Shown: positions 11,319-22,229 of the stretch, piece by piece
Layout of the letters: each line of letters begins with the position of its first letter
Position numbering within the stretch: the stretch's first letter is position 1
Notes under the pieces: model-generated
The model's input: only the letters and a program-made list of their open reading frames with translations
What the model was told of the DNA's origin: nothing
Database searches by the model: none
Program-made: the position numbers and the translations under genes
NCBI GenBank assembly: GCA_030390025.1
Contig: CM059433.1
Location: forward strand, 23,624,001 to 23,688,000
Length of the DNA stretch: 64,000 nucleotides
Direction: 5' to 3'
Origin: Squalus acanthias
Lineage: Eukaryota

Positions 11319-13335
11319 GGGCGTCTGATCGCAGGGAGGGTCAGATGGTGGCCAGGGGAGTGTCCGATCGCAGGGGGTGGGGGAAGATGGTGGTCGGGGG
11401 AGCAGATGGTCGTCAGGTGGGGTCCGATCGCAGGAGGGGTCAGATGTTGGTTGGGGGGCGTCCGATCGCGGGGGGTGGGGGAAGATGGTGGTCGGGGGGG
11501 CAGATCGTGGGGGTGGGGGGCAGCTGGTGACGGGGGGCGTACGATCGTGGGGGGTGGGGGAAGATGGTGGTTGGGGAAGCAGATGATTGTTGGGTAGGGT
11601 CCGATCACCGGGGTGGGGGGGGGGGGGTGCAGCGGGGGCAGGCAGATGGTGGAGTGGGAGAATTTACAGGTTAGCTTGTTGGGCCTGGAGGAAACACTTT
11701 TGCTTCTCTAGGCTCACAAGCAGTGCTGCAAAGGCCCTTACCTCATGGATCTGGCCCTTCTAGTAGTAAGTTTGAGGATTGAGAGAGTTTCAGAAACCAG
11801 CAAAGGATGAGCAAAAAATCAATAAAAAGGGAGAAAATATAATGAGAGAAAACTAGCAAGAAATATAAAAGCAGATTGTAAGAGCTTCTACAAGTATGTA
11901 AAAAGGAAGAGAGTAGCAAAAGTAAACGTTGGTCCCTTAGAGGCTGAGACAGGAGAAATTATTATGGGGAATAAGGAAATGGCAGAAACATTAAACAAAT
12001 ATTTTGTATCTGTCTTCACAGTAGAAGACACAAAAAACATACCAAAAATGGTGGGGAACCATGAGTCTAATGAGGGTGAGGAACTTAACATAATTAATAT
12101 AAGTAGAGAAAAAGTAACAGAGAAACTAATGGGACTAAAAGCCGACAAATCCCCTGGACCTGATGGCCTACATCCTAGGGTTCTAAAAGAGGTGGCTGAA
12201 GAGATAGTGGATGCATTGCTTTTGATCTTCCAAAATTCCCTAGATTCTAGAACGGTCCCAGCGGATTGGAAGGTCGCAAATGTAACACCGCTATTCAAGA
12301 AAGGAGGGAGAGAGTAAACAGGGAACTACAGGCCAGTTAGCCTGACATCAGTCATTGGGAAAATGCTGAAATCCATTGTTAAGGAAGTGGTATCAAGGCA
12401 CTTGGAAAATCATAACATGATTAGGCAGAGTCAACATGGTTTTATGAAAGAGAAATCGTGTTTGACAAATTTATTAGAGTTTTTGAGGATGTAACAAGCA
12501 GGGTAGATAAAGGGGAACCAGTGGATGTAGTATATTTGGATTTCCAAAAGGCATTCGATAAGGTGCCACATAAAAGGTTATTACACAAGATTAGGCTCAT
12601 GGGGTTGGGGGTAATATAGTAGCATGGATAGAGGATTGGTTAACGGACAGAAAACAGAGAGTAGGGATAAAAGGATCTTTTTCAGGTTCGCAGGCTGTAA
12701 CTAGTGGGGTGCCACAAGGATCAGTGTTGGGGCCTCAGCTATTTACAATCTATATTAATGACCTAGATGAAAGGACCGAGTGTAATGTATCCAAGTTTGC
12801 TGACGATATAAAGCTAGGTGGGACTGTAAGCTGTGAGGAGAACACAAAGTGCTGGATTTTACCTTTCAATACGGATTGGGGTGGGACAACTGCCTTCCGG
12901 GTTCCGATCCCGCCTCCAACGACGTCCGATGCACAGACGCTATTTTGCGTCAATTGACCTTGTTAAGCTCGCACTGTGGGCTTGCCGGCCAATTACGAGA
13001 AAGCCGGTGTCAGATGATGTCAGTTGATGACGTGTCATCTGCTGGTTTTCTTAAAGGGGCCACGCATAATTTTTTTTGACAGGTGATTTTTCAGTGTTTG
13101 ACAGCATTGAAGTGCTGCAAACACTGACAATCACTGTACAAAGGTGAGCCCTTGCACCCAAGCTCTCCAGTGACGCCCTCCTTAGGCTAGAACAGATGGC
13201 AGCTGCAGGTGAGGTTACAGAAGTGATCTGTCACTGGTAAGAGAGGTTCTCCCAATGAGGTGGGACTACACAAACACTTCAAAACTTGAGAAGTCGCACA
13301 ACACCAGGTTATAGTCCAACAGTTTTATTTAAAAT

Positions 13336-13370
13336 TACGAGCTTTCGGAGCGCTGCTCCTTCTTCAGGTA
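13336..13370 (-). ncRNA. Mirror-image minimal hammerhead ribozyme motif
   Basis: Reverse complement of 13765-13799 with one change in the stem II loop. Confidence 0.7.
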
Positions 13371-13764
13371 CAGGTACAGTGAGGGAATACAAATCGATTA
13401 CACAGTATATATACACAGAGAGCAATTTGTCTGCAGAGATAACATCTGTTAGGAAGGCATTACATCAAAGACACCTCAGAGTACAGCTAAGACAATGAGG
13501 TGGGTCACAGGGGGTCCAACGTGTCAAATGTTGCCGTCTGCAGTTGAGCTTTTGACTTTTTTTTTAACCAAAAAAAAAGTTAAAAGCTCAACTGCAGACG
13601 GCAACATTTGACACGTTGGACCCCCTGTGACCCACCTCATTGTCTTAGCTGTACTCTGAGGTGTCTTTGATGTAATGCCTCCCTAACAGATGTTATCTCT
13701 GCAGACACATTGTTCTCTGTATATATATACTGTGTAATCGATTTGTATTCCCTCACTGTACCTG

Positions 13765-13799
13765 TACCTGAAGAAGGAGCAGAGCTCCGAAAGCTCGTA
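13765..13799 (+). ncRNA. Minimal type-I hammerhead ribozyme motif (Penelope type)
   Basis: TAC-CTGAAGA-A-GGAGC-aga-GCTCC-GAAA-GC-TC-GTA: conserved core, 5-bp stem II, palindromic AGCT stem III and 3-bp stem I (TAC/GTA). Confidence 0.7.
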
Positions 13800-16502
13800 A
13801 TTTTAAATAAAACTGTTGGACTATAACCTGGTGTTGTGCGACTTCTCATTTTTGTCTACCCCAGTCCAACACCGGCATCTCCGCATCATGACTTCAATAC
13901 TTGTTACCTACAGAAAAGTCTAAATACATTAAAAATGAATTTCCCAACATTTTCTTACCTCTGAAGCTCGCCAGTGTACCATTGGATCCTTCACACCACT
14001 TCTGCAGCTGTCATCAATGAAGAAACATTACAGTAGACCCACAACACGCCACACTTACCCTGGCGTGGTGTCCGGACGTCGGGAAGCCTGCAGTAGACCT
14101 GTCAAAATTGGAAAAAACCTCTTAACTGCCTGTTAACAACCTGTACCTATAATTTTCTTCCTGCCGCTAGGTGTCGGGTTCATGCGCAAATCAGGGACCC
14201 GACACCTGGGAAGATTGATTGGAGGCGGGTTGACAGCGGGTTTCCAACCTGCTGTCAATCTTTGCGATTTTGCCGGATGTCCCGCCTCTAAACCCGCCCC
14301 CTGAGCGCCGGCAAAATTCCGGCCAAAGAGTCTGCAAAGGGATATAGATAGATTAAGTGAGTGGGCAGTAAGGTGGCAGATGGAGTATAATGTAGGGAAA
14401 TGTGAGGTTATTCACTTTGGTAGGAAGAATAGAAAAACAGAATATTTTTTAAATGGTGAGAAACTTTCAAATGTTGGTGTTCAGAGAGATTTGGGTGTCC
14501 TCGTGCAAGAAACACAGGAAGCTGGCATGCAGGTACAGCTAGCAATAAGGAAAGCAAATGGCACGTTGGCCTTTATTGCAAGGGGGTTGGAGCATAAGAG
14601 TAAGGAAGTCTTGCTACAATTGTACAGGGCCTTGGTGAGACCACACCTGGAGTACTGTGCACAGTTTTGGTCTCCTTATCTAAGGAAGGATATACTTGCC
14701 TTGGAGGCGGTGCAACGAAGGTTCGCTAGATTGATTCCTGGGATGAGAGGGCTGTCCTATGATGAGAGGCTGTGTAGAATGGGCCTATACGCTCTGGAGT
14801 TTAGAAGAATGAGAGGTGATCTCATTGAGACATTCAAGATTCTGAAGGGGATTGACAGAGTAGATGCTGAGAGGATGTTTCCCCTGGCTTGAGTATCTAG
14901 AACTAGGGGACATAGTCTCAGGATAAGGGGTCGGCCATTTAAGACCAAGATGAGGAGGAATTTCTTCACTCAGAGGGTTGTGAATCTTTGGAATTCTCTG
15001 CCCCAGAGGGCTATGCATGCTGAGTCTTTGAGTATATTCAAGGCTGAGATAGATAGATTTTTGGACACTGAGGGAATCAAGAGTTATGGGGATCGGGCGG
15101 GAAAGTGGAGTTGAGGTTGATGATCAGCTATGATCTTATTGAATGGCGGAGCAGGCTCGAGGGGCCGTATGGCCGACTCCTGCTCCTATTTCTTATGTTC
15201 TTATGTTCTCGCCTCCTTTCGCCAGTTGGGTTTCCAGAGCCGACTGTGGTTAAAAATAGAATCACTGTTAAAATGAAGGCACACAGCCTCCTTAAAATAT
15301 TTAAATGACCAACCCGCCTCCTGAGAGCGGATTGGTCGCCTGCCCCTCGTCCCGCCTCCGTTAAAACCGAAGGTGGGCGGGTTCGAGGTGGGTTGGGTTC
15401 CTGTTTCAGATTTTTACCTTTTTAACCTCCCACCTGAACCAAACCCACCCGTTTTTGGGGGTTAAAATTAACCCCTATACTTTAAATAAAGTACTTCATT
15501 GGCTTTAAAGAGCTTTGGGGTGTCATGAAGTCGTGAAAGGCAACATTTTAATGCAAGTCTTCCTTTTTTTTCTAATTAAAGGTCATCCAAGAGAAATTCA
15601 GTGGTATCAGCGGCGGGCCAAGTCAGGAGGACGCAAACCCTGGTCCTGTGTAGCTGAAATTCATTCCACAGCAAAATTTGAATATCCACATAAAAGATGG
15701 TGCTGGGGAAAAAAAGATTTCCTCTTTTGCCTTTTGGTATTAAATCACTGCTTGGGTGGAGTGCATAGTAGAAAATCAGGAGGAGAGGAGCACAGAATCC
15801 GCCTCTACTGCAGCACAAGCCTGCACTCATCCCTGAGTTTTTAACAGCACTTCTGTGGCGCGAATGTTACCTGCCACTTATCAGCCCAAGCCTGAACGTC
15901 GTCCAGGTCTTGTTGCATGCGGGCATGGACTGCTTCATTATCTGTGATGGTAAGCTGGCCTCTTCTTCCTCAAGTGGCAGAGCTATGTCCACATCTCCAG
16001 CATCTGAAATGAAAGAGAGGACGAGGACGGGAACATTCAGTTGGTTAGCGCCTCCCGTTAGTGCCTCCGGGGGGGGGGGCGGTAACGGGGCGCTAACGAC
16101 TTACCGCCCGTGCGTGGCGATTTTAGAGCCGCCCACGAAATTTAGCTGGCGGTTTGCGTTGGCGCTAAACACTACCGCCACGACCTCCTGCGCCTGGAGA
16201 TCGTGACGTCATCCAAGCACGTATCGCCCCGGTAGCAGCCCCGTACCGGAAATTGATTCTCGCCCCCTGCTTCAGCACCTGTCGCTAGGAACGACAGGTA
16301 GAGGAGGACAGTTTGCATTCGGCTGTGAGCTGGGGGAGTGCTATTTAAAGCGTGCAATCAATTCTGCCTTCACACATTGACAGAAGCAGACAGGCGTTTG
16401 GAGAGATTTGACGGTTTCCTACTTGAAGGAGTTTTGCTTGTCAGCAAAACTTATCAGGTTGCATTTCTCTTACCTCTGGTACTGCAACATTTACAGGAGT
16501 TA

Positions 16503-17651
16503 ATGGGGGCTGTACTGACACAGGGCCTCGCCCTCCAGCTTCACCGTCAGAGGCAGCGGAGGCGGAGAGATAGATTGGAAAATGTGGCCAGAGGGAGGAG
16601 GGCCAACAGGGCTCTCCATAGGAGACCTTACCCTCCCATGGTATTCCGGGAGCAGTTCTCATATATTCATCTTTCAGAGGAGCAGTGTATTAGAAGGCTC
16701 CGCTTCAGCAAGGAGGTGGTCACAGAGCTCTGCCACCTCCTGCAGCCAGAGCTCCAGCCTCAGCTCAGGACCAGGACGTCTCTGTCAGTGGCAGTGAAGG
16801 TCACAGTCACTCTCAATTTCTATGCCAGTGGCTCCTTCTAGGCTTCAACAGGGGATATTGCCAACATCTCCCAGTTCATTGTCCATTGCTGCATCCGGGA
16901 GGTAACAAACACTTTGTACAGAAGGAGAAGGGAGTACATCTCATTCCCCATGACCTGAGACAAACAGCATGAACGCGCATGTGGCTTCGCTAGGATAGCG
17001 GGCTTCCCCCTGGTTCAGGGCGCCATTGACTGCACCCATGTGGCATTGTGGGCACCTCATCAAAATGCAGAGGTTTTCCGCAACCACAAAGGCTACCACT
17101 CTCTGAACGTGCAGTTGGTGTGCGACCACAGACAGCGCATCCTCGCCGCCAATGCCCACTATCCTGGCAGCAGGCACGATTCATTCATCCTGCACCAGAC
17201 TGGTGTCCCAGACCTGTTCCAACCACCACATCAAGCTCACGGAGGCAAGGGTTATCTACTCGCCATCTGGCTGATGACACCGCTCCGTAACCCCAACACT
17301 CCTGCTGAGCTCGTATACAATGAGAGCCATACCGCCACCAGGAACCTGATCGAACACACTATCGGTGTGCTAAAGCAATGGTTCCACTGTCTTAACCACT
17401 CTGGAGGAGCCCTGCAGTACTCCCCTGATCGAGTCTCCGTTTTCATAGTTGTGTGCTGCATGCTGCACAACCTGCCCATTCTGAGGACCCAGCCACCAGG
17501 GATTGGTGGACCACCTCAGGAGGAGGAAAAGGGAGAGGAGGAGGAGGATGAAGAGGAGGAGGAGCAGCACCAACGTGGAGGGAGCCACCCAATGTTGCTT
17601 CTGCACGGACCATTCGTGACCGCCTCATTACACAGCGCTTCCGATGAATGA
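16503..17651 (+). pseudogene. Harbinger DDE transposase (HARBI1-like)
   Basis: Single frame with RRLRFSKE, LNFYASGSF*, AGFPLVQGAIDCTHV, NHKGYHSLNVQLVCD, YPGSRHDSFI and YNESHTATRNLIEHTIGVLK. Two in-frame stops; the WLLGD motif is reduced to HGGKGY. Confidence 0.93.
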
Positions 17652-17944
17652 GAGCAGATGGCATTTGGGATCAATAACCACATCATTACAGCCAGCTCGC
17701 AGCCCCTATGATAGGCCAAAGTTCCAATGAGAAACATGACCAAATTCATAACGTTGAAATAAACATTTATTATTCTGCACAACTCTGTCTTATTAAACAC
17801 AACCAATAACAAACAAACACAACAATTTATGAACAAACAGAACTGGTTCTTAGCACATGGAAATACTTCTTACCAAACTGAACAATATATTTACAAACAC
17901 ATCCAACTTTGGTACACACACTCCCCACATTTGCTCTAAAAATT

Positions 17945-19777
17945 TTATTTACTGCTCTTCCCCCCTCCCAACCCTACTGCTCCTCCGTAATGTGGCCCCA
18001 GTGGCTGCAGCAAGGCTGGCGGAAGGCTGCTGAATCTCGGATCCAGAGACTGCAGATGGCCTTGAAGGATGCCCTCAACCAGCTCTGGGCCTGGAGGGCC
18101 CGGCTGCAGACTGCACCAACTCTGCATGGGCGGCAGCAGTCTGAGCTGGCTGGGTTAGAGGCTGCGGCAAGTGTAATGGCGGAGTGGCAGTAGTGGCAGC
18201 AGGAATGCTGTCATTCTGAGAGAGGACAGCACCTTCCTGCTCGACCGACACATTGCCACACCCCCGGGCTTGAGCACAGATTGCTGGCCTGCTGCGGCAC
18301 CGTGAGATCCCAGGTGGACTGTGGGCAACCCAGCGACGATGGCAGCAGTCAGCGCTTGCGTGGCATCAATCTGAGACTGCATGAGAGCAGTCTGACATTG
18401 GATGGCACCAACCAATGACTCAATTCCAGCACTAAGCCATTGCGTTGCCTCGGCCTGTGCTGCAATAGATTCTGCCACCTGACCCATTACATGCGGCATG
18501 GGGTCTGGGTTCCCACGGTCTCCCTGCAAGTCAACCATCCTCTGCAAAGTGGCAAGGATGGGTTCGATGGTTTGCGCACAGATGACAGATGTGCTGGTGG
18601 CGGACTCCTCCACGCTCCTAGCCAGTGCATCCATGCTGTCGGGCACCCTTGCCATTGCACCCGTGAGCTCAGTATGCATGCTCATCGCCTGTGTATTCAT
18701 CGCCACGATATCGAGGTCCTCATCCGAGTCCTGTGCAGCAGAACCCGTGCGCGCACTCACCCTCCGAGCTTCCCTTTCCCCATGGTGTTGCTGCAGCCCG
18801 CTGGGTCCCAGAGCTTCACCCACATCAGAGCCAAATCCCCTGCTCCCCTCCAGTGAACACGTGGCTCCAGTATCGGATGTCTCGCCCTCGGGAGACGCAG
18901 GCGGTGAGGCTCCGACTTCATGTTCCTCCTCCTCTCCCGCGTCGCTGCCACTGGGAGGCTGAAGGACAGGCTGGTAAGATGCTGGCTCACTATCTGAAGG
19001 CAGGAAGGCACAAGAGTGGGTTTAACGTGAGGGCAGGAAGGGAGTAAGGAATGGAGACAGTATACTTAGATGGAAAGTGGGAAGGGCTTGTGTTGTGAGG
19101 GGGGAGGTGGTATGAGAGAAGAGGAAGAGGTGATGAACATACCGTTGTTGTCCCCAAGGGGATTGACCTCTCCAACTGCCACAGCGCCCACGACCTGGGC
19201 CGCGATGATGCTGCGCACTCGCTCCTCCAGCTGTGTGAGGGGGTGCAGCTCCGTCTGACCTCCTCCCGTGTGTAGCTGCTCCCTCCTGTTATGAGCAAGC
19301 TTGGCCTGCAAGAAAAGGGACAGCGTGTGAGTGAGTGTGCAGCCATGTGTTTGGCAGATGTGCCTACCATAGTTGAATAGCCGTTAATGTCTGCAAGCTG
19401 TGAGATGTGGATGTGACTTTTAGTAGATGTGCATAGTTGTTGGGTGAGTGTTGGGGATTTGGCGGTTTATACCATCTGTGCACAGAGTGAGGTTGAGATG
19501 GTGGGATGTAGAGGTTTTTCATGCATATACTCACCCTGACCACCCGAGTGAGGTCGTTGAACTTCTTGCGGCACTGGGTGTGAGTCCTTTAGACCAGGCT
19601 TCTGGACGAGACGTATTGGGCAAACTCCTTCCACATCTTTGTGAACTCCCAGGGCAATGGCCTCCTGCCAGTGTCTGGGAACAGCACTGCCCATCGGCGT
19701 TCCACAGCCACAACCAGAGCCTCCAATGCCTGGTCGCTGAACCGGCGAGCTCTCTCCCTGGGTCTCTGATCAGCCAT
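17945..19777 (-). pseudogene. Harbinger Myb/SANT DNA-binding gene, three exons (19777-19535, 19305-19143, 18993-~17945)
   Basis: MADQRPRERARRFSDQALEALV...W..FAQYVS...QCRKKFNDLTRVVR|AKLAHNRREQLHTGGG. Donors GTGAGT and GTATGT, acceptors tcttgcAG and gccttcAG, all in phase. One stop in exon 1 and a late frameshift. Confidence 0.85.
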
Positions 19778-20623
19778 GAGATTCCTGGTTGAAGAATTGC
19801 AGCTCCTTGCAGGCCCAGGTCACAAGCAGCAATGATCAGGATGAGGCTGTGCAGCTTGATTGAACCTCCCCTTTAAGAACTGTAAGGCGCCAGTATATCT
19901 GAGTACCAGGTGATTGACATCGCCTGAGCTTGACTAGCGCTCTGAGGTAGCACCCTGTTCCCCGACGTTAGTGCCCTAAGAGAAGTGTGTAGTGCTTGAT
20001 TTAGCGCTCTGATCACCTCCAGGAGATGAATTTCGCAGTCGCCAGCGCTAATTTGCGCCGGGCGCTAAAGTTTGTGGCCTGACCGATGTTAGTGCCCCAA
20101 AATGGTCGATACCGAATTTTTCGCCTAAGGGTTACCTATTAGTGAGAAGGGAGAACAGAGAGAGAAGTGGCTGGTGAAAGTGTGTAGGGTGAGATAGAAG
20201 TAAGAAGGAAAAAAAGAGGATAAGATGTGAAGAAACCCTACGCGATGTCTCCTCCAGCATTGCCAATCACCACAGGGCACGACTCTGCCCCTGATGGCCA
20301 GCACGCTTTCTTCAACGTTGTGCAGGTGGTCTCAGCCTCTTCCGCTGGCAGCCTTTTGCCTAGAGTTGTGCATGACTTTCTCCTGCAAGAACTGAATGTT
20401 TTTTATGAAGGTCTTGTGAGGTGTTCATTGTGCCTGTCATTTTTGAATAGTTGGTATGTAGTGTGTAAGGTATGAGGTGTGGGGAAGTGAGGCTTGTAAT
20501 AGTGGTGGGTGTGTGAGTATGAGGAGACGGAGGTGTAGTCAAGTGTGGCGCAGACTCTGCAGCCAGAGTTCACCTCCCCTTTAAGAGGTGCTGACTTCCT
20601 TAAAGTGGCGACGGAGACACCAG

Positions 20624-21516
20624 GGGGGAGAAATTCAGTATCGCCCCATTTGGGGCGCAATTATCGGCCGGTCGCAAAGATTAGCGCCTGGCGCTAATTA
20701 TCGCCACCGACTGCAAACTTGACTTTTATCGCCCCTGGAGGTGATTGGAGCGCTAAATCAGGCGTTTCACACCTGTCTTAAGGCGCAAAGGCCAAGGAGC
20801 GAGGCGCTACCTCAGAGCGCTGGCGAAGCTCATGTGATGTCAGTCAGCAATGGAACACACACACAATGGCACGGGCCAGTTCTTAAAGGGGATGGTTAAT
20901 CTTGCTTTCCATCCACATCCTGCTCATTGCAGCCTTGAATCTCGGCCTGGAGAGCCCTGCACATCAAATCTGCTGGAAAGAACAATGGAGAGTACCAGGC
21001 AAAGAGCTCAGAGTGCAGCCCCCACAGTCTCTTCTAAATCGATACAAGGAATGGCAAATCAAAATGAACCTGCAAAGTGCTGCTCAGTACCCAAAACTCC
21101 TTCACACAGCGTTGAATCACCCCAGAAGTCTCTCTCTCTCTCTCTCAGAATGCGTAGTTCAAAAATGGCACCAACAATAAAAGGCAGGAAGCGGTCACCT
21201 TTAAATAGCGCTCCCCCTTTCCCTTCATGACTGGAGAACGCTCCCCTCAACCTGTCGTTGCTAGCGTCAGGCGGTAAGGCAGGGGGCGCCACTCAATATC
21301 TGCTCCGGGGCGATACCGGGGCGTTGCGCACTCGACTGACGTCACGATCTGCCGGCGCAGGAGATCGTGGCGGTAGTGTTTAGTGCCGCCGCAAAATGTC
21401 TAGTTAATTTCACGAGCAGCGCAAACTTCGCCGCCCCTGGGCGCTAGATGCTTTGCGCCCCATTAGCGCCCTCTTAAGGCGCTAACGGGAGGCGCAACCA
21501 ACTGAATTTTTCCCCC
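20624..21516 (-). mobile_element. Non-autonomous relative of Harbinger A, inverted orientation
   Basis: TIR GGGGGAGAAATTCAGT / ACTGAATTTTTCCCCC (15/16), CAG duplicated at 20621-20623 and 21517-21519. About 250-300 bp at each end resembles the two ends of element A. Confidence 0.9.
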
Positions 21517-22229
21517 CAGATATCCCCACCCCTCCCCAAACAGACGTGAGGCCGATGAATCGTGCGGGTAGCGCTGGCTACATGCCTGACTCATTATAAT
21601 GAGGTCCCAGCACCAATTTAACGTGCTGCTTGGGACCACATGAGCACCCGCCTCCTACATTTTTGGGCACGATCGAATTTCTCGGCCGCAAGTTAAATTT
21701 GTGCTGGAACCGCATTATAATGAGTCAGGCATGCAGCCAGCGCTACCCGCACTATTCATCGGCCTCACATCTGTTTGGGGGCGGGGGGGGCGGAATATTG
21801 GGTGTCTCTGTCGACACTTTAAGGCAGCCAGCACCTCTTAAAGGGGAGGTGAAGTCTGGCTTAATATACATAAATTAAGCTTGAGCAGGCTCGAAGGGCC
21901 GAATGGCCTACTCCTGCTCCTATTTTTCTATGTTTCGATGTAAATGTTGGTTTGATGGCTTCAAATTTTAATTTTCAGAACATTATTAAGATTTTAAAAA
22001 AGGGATTAAAGAAGATGGATGGTATATGCTCTGTGCTGTCCTCAGGCCCTGACTGTTTATCCTGATTTCCGCTTGTTTTACACTGGTTTTTACATTCAGG
22101 CATATGCTGATGAGATTCTTAGGAAATTTAGTGTAAATTGCCGTTAGGAAGATCGGTGTAAACTTTTGACGTAATTTCAGCATAATTGAGGAAATTCCAG
22201 CCCTGAAGTTCAGTATTTTTGATGGGAAT

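Larger units (their letters stand above)
13289..13890 (+). mobile_element. Penelope-like element remnant with inverted pseudo-LTR (near-perfect palindrome)
   Basis: Arms 13287-13565 and 13570-13848 around a 4-nt AACC loop. 13-bp TSD ACTTCAAAACTTG (13276-13288) / ACTTCAATACTTG (13891-13903). Hammerhead core plus AATAAA in the arm. Empty site visible at ~52033-52050. Confidence 0.8.
12849..14324. mobile_element. Non-autonomous Harbinger-type TIR element
   Basis: AAA duplicated at 12846-12848 and 14325-14327. Termini GTGCTGGATTTT / AAAATTCCGGCC. A second, uninterrupted partial copy lies at ~51604-52288. Confidence 0.88.
11762..15209 (+). mobile_element. 5'-truncated CR1 LINE (11762-12848 + 14325-15209), interrupted
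   Basis: RT motifs KSPGPDG, PQGSVLGP and FADD. Reads EENTK|SLQRDID across the insertion. Canonical 3' UTR and tail. Confidence 0.95.
10297..15475. mobile_element. GC-rich non-autonomous Harbinger-type element (10297-11761 + 15210-15475) hosting a minisatellite and a CR1
   Basis: 3-bp TAT duplication inside the SINE. Imperfect termini GGCCATGATCTTACC / GGTTAAAATTAACCCC. Confidence 0.7.
7544..15572 (+). mobile_element. Deu-domain SINE split into three pieces (7544-7623, 10010-10296, 15476-15572) by nested insertions
   Basis: A box TGGCTCAGTGG and B box GGTTCAAGTCC at the head. The three pieces join into a sequence collinear with the intact SINE at 26909-27380. TAT is duplicated at 10294-10296 and 15476-15478. 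Confidence 0.85.
16029..20125 (+). mobile_element. Two-gene PIF/Harbinger transposon A (defective)
   Basis: Convergent transposase and Myb/SANT genes. GC-rich subterminal blocks are shared with the non-autonomous element at 20624-21516. Right end GAATTTTTCGCC followed by TAA. Left end approximate. Confidence 0.9.
15945..21687 (-). mobile_element. Fragment of a further Harbinger element (15945-16028, 20126-20623, 21517-21687) hosting element A and the 20624-21516 element
   Basis: Purine-rich, intron-like sequence continues across element A. GC-rich subterminal region ends GAATTTCTCGGCC. Confidence 0.45.

Noticed and set aside
10372..11608. Long Pro/His/Gly-rich ORFs (up to 329 aa)
   Set aside because: They are translations of the 19-bp minisatellite and G-rich repeats, open in several frames and on both strands.
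13286..13849. Twin 70-aa ORFs on opposite strands
   Set aside because: A by-product of the palindrome, with no recognisable domain.
16503..17651. Domesticated host gene HARBI1, or an MSANTD/NAIF1 gene next to it
   Set aside because: Premature stops, loss of a catalytic motif, transposon termini and several paralogous elements in the window indicate TE copies, so no gene symbol is given.
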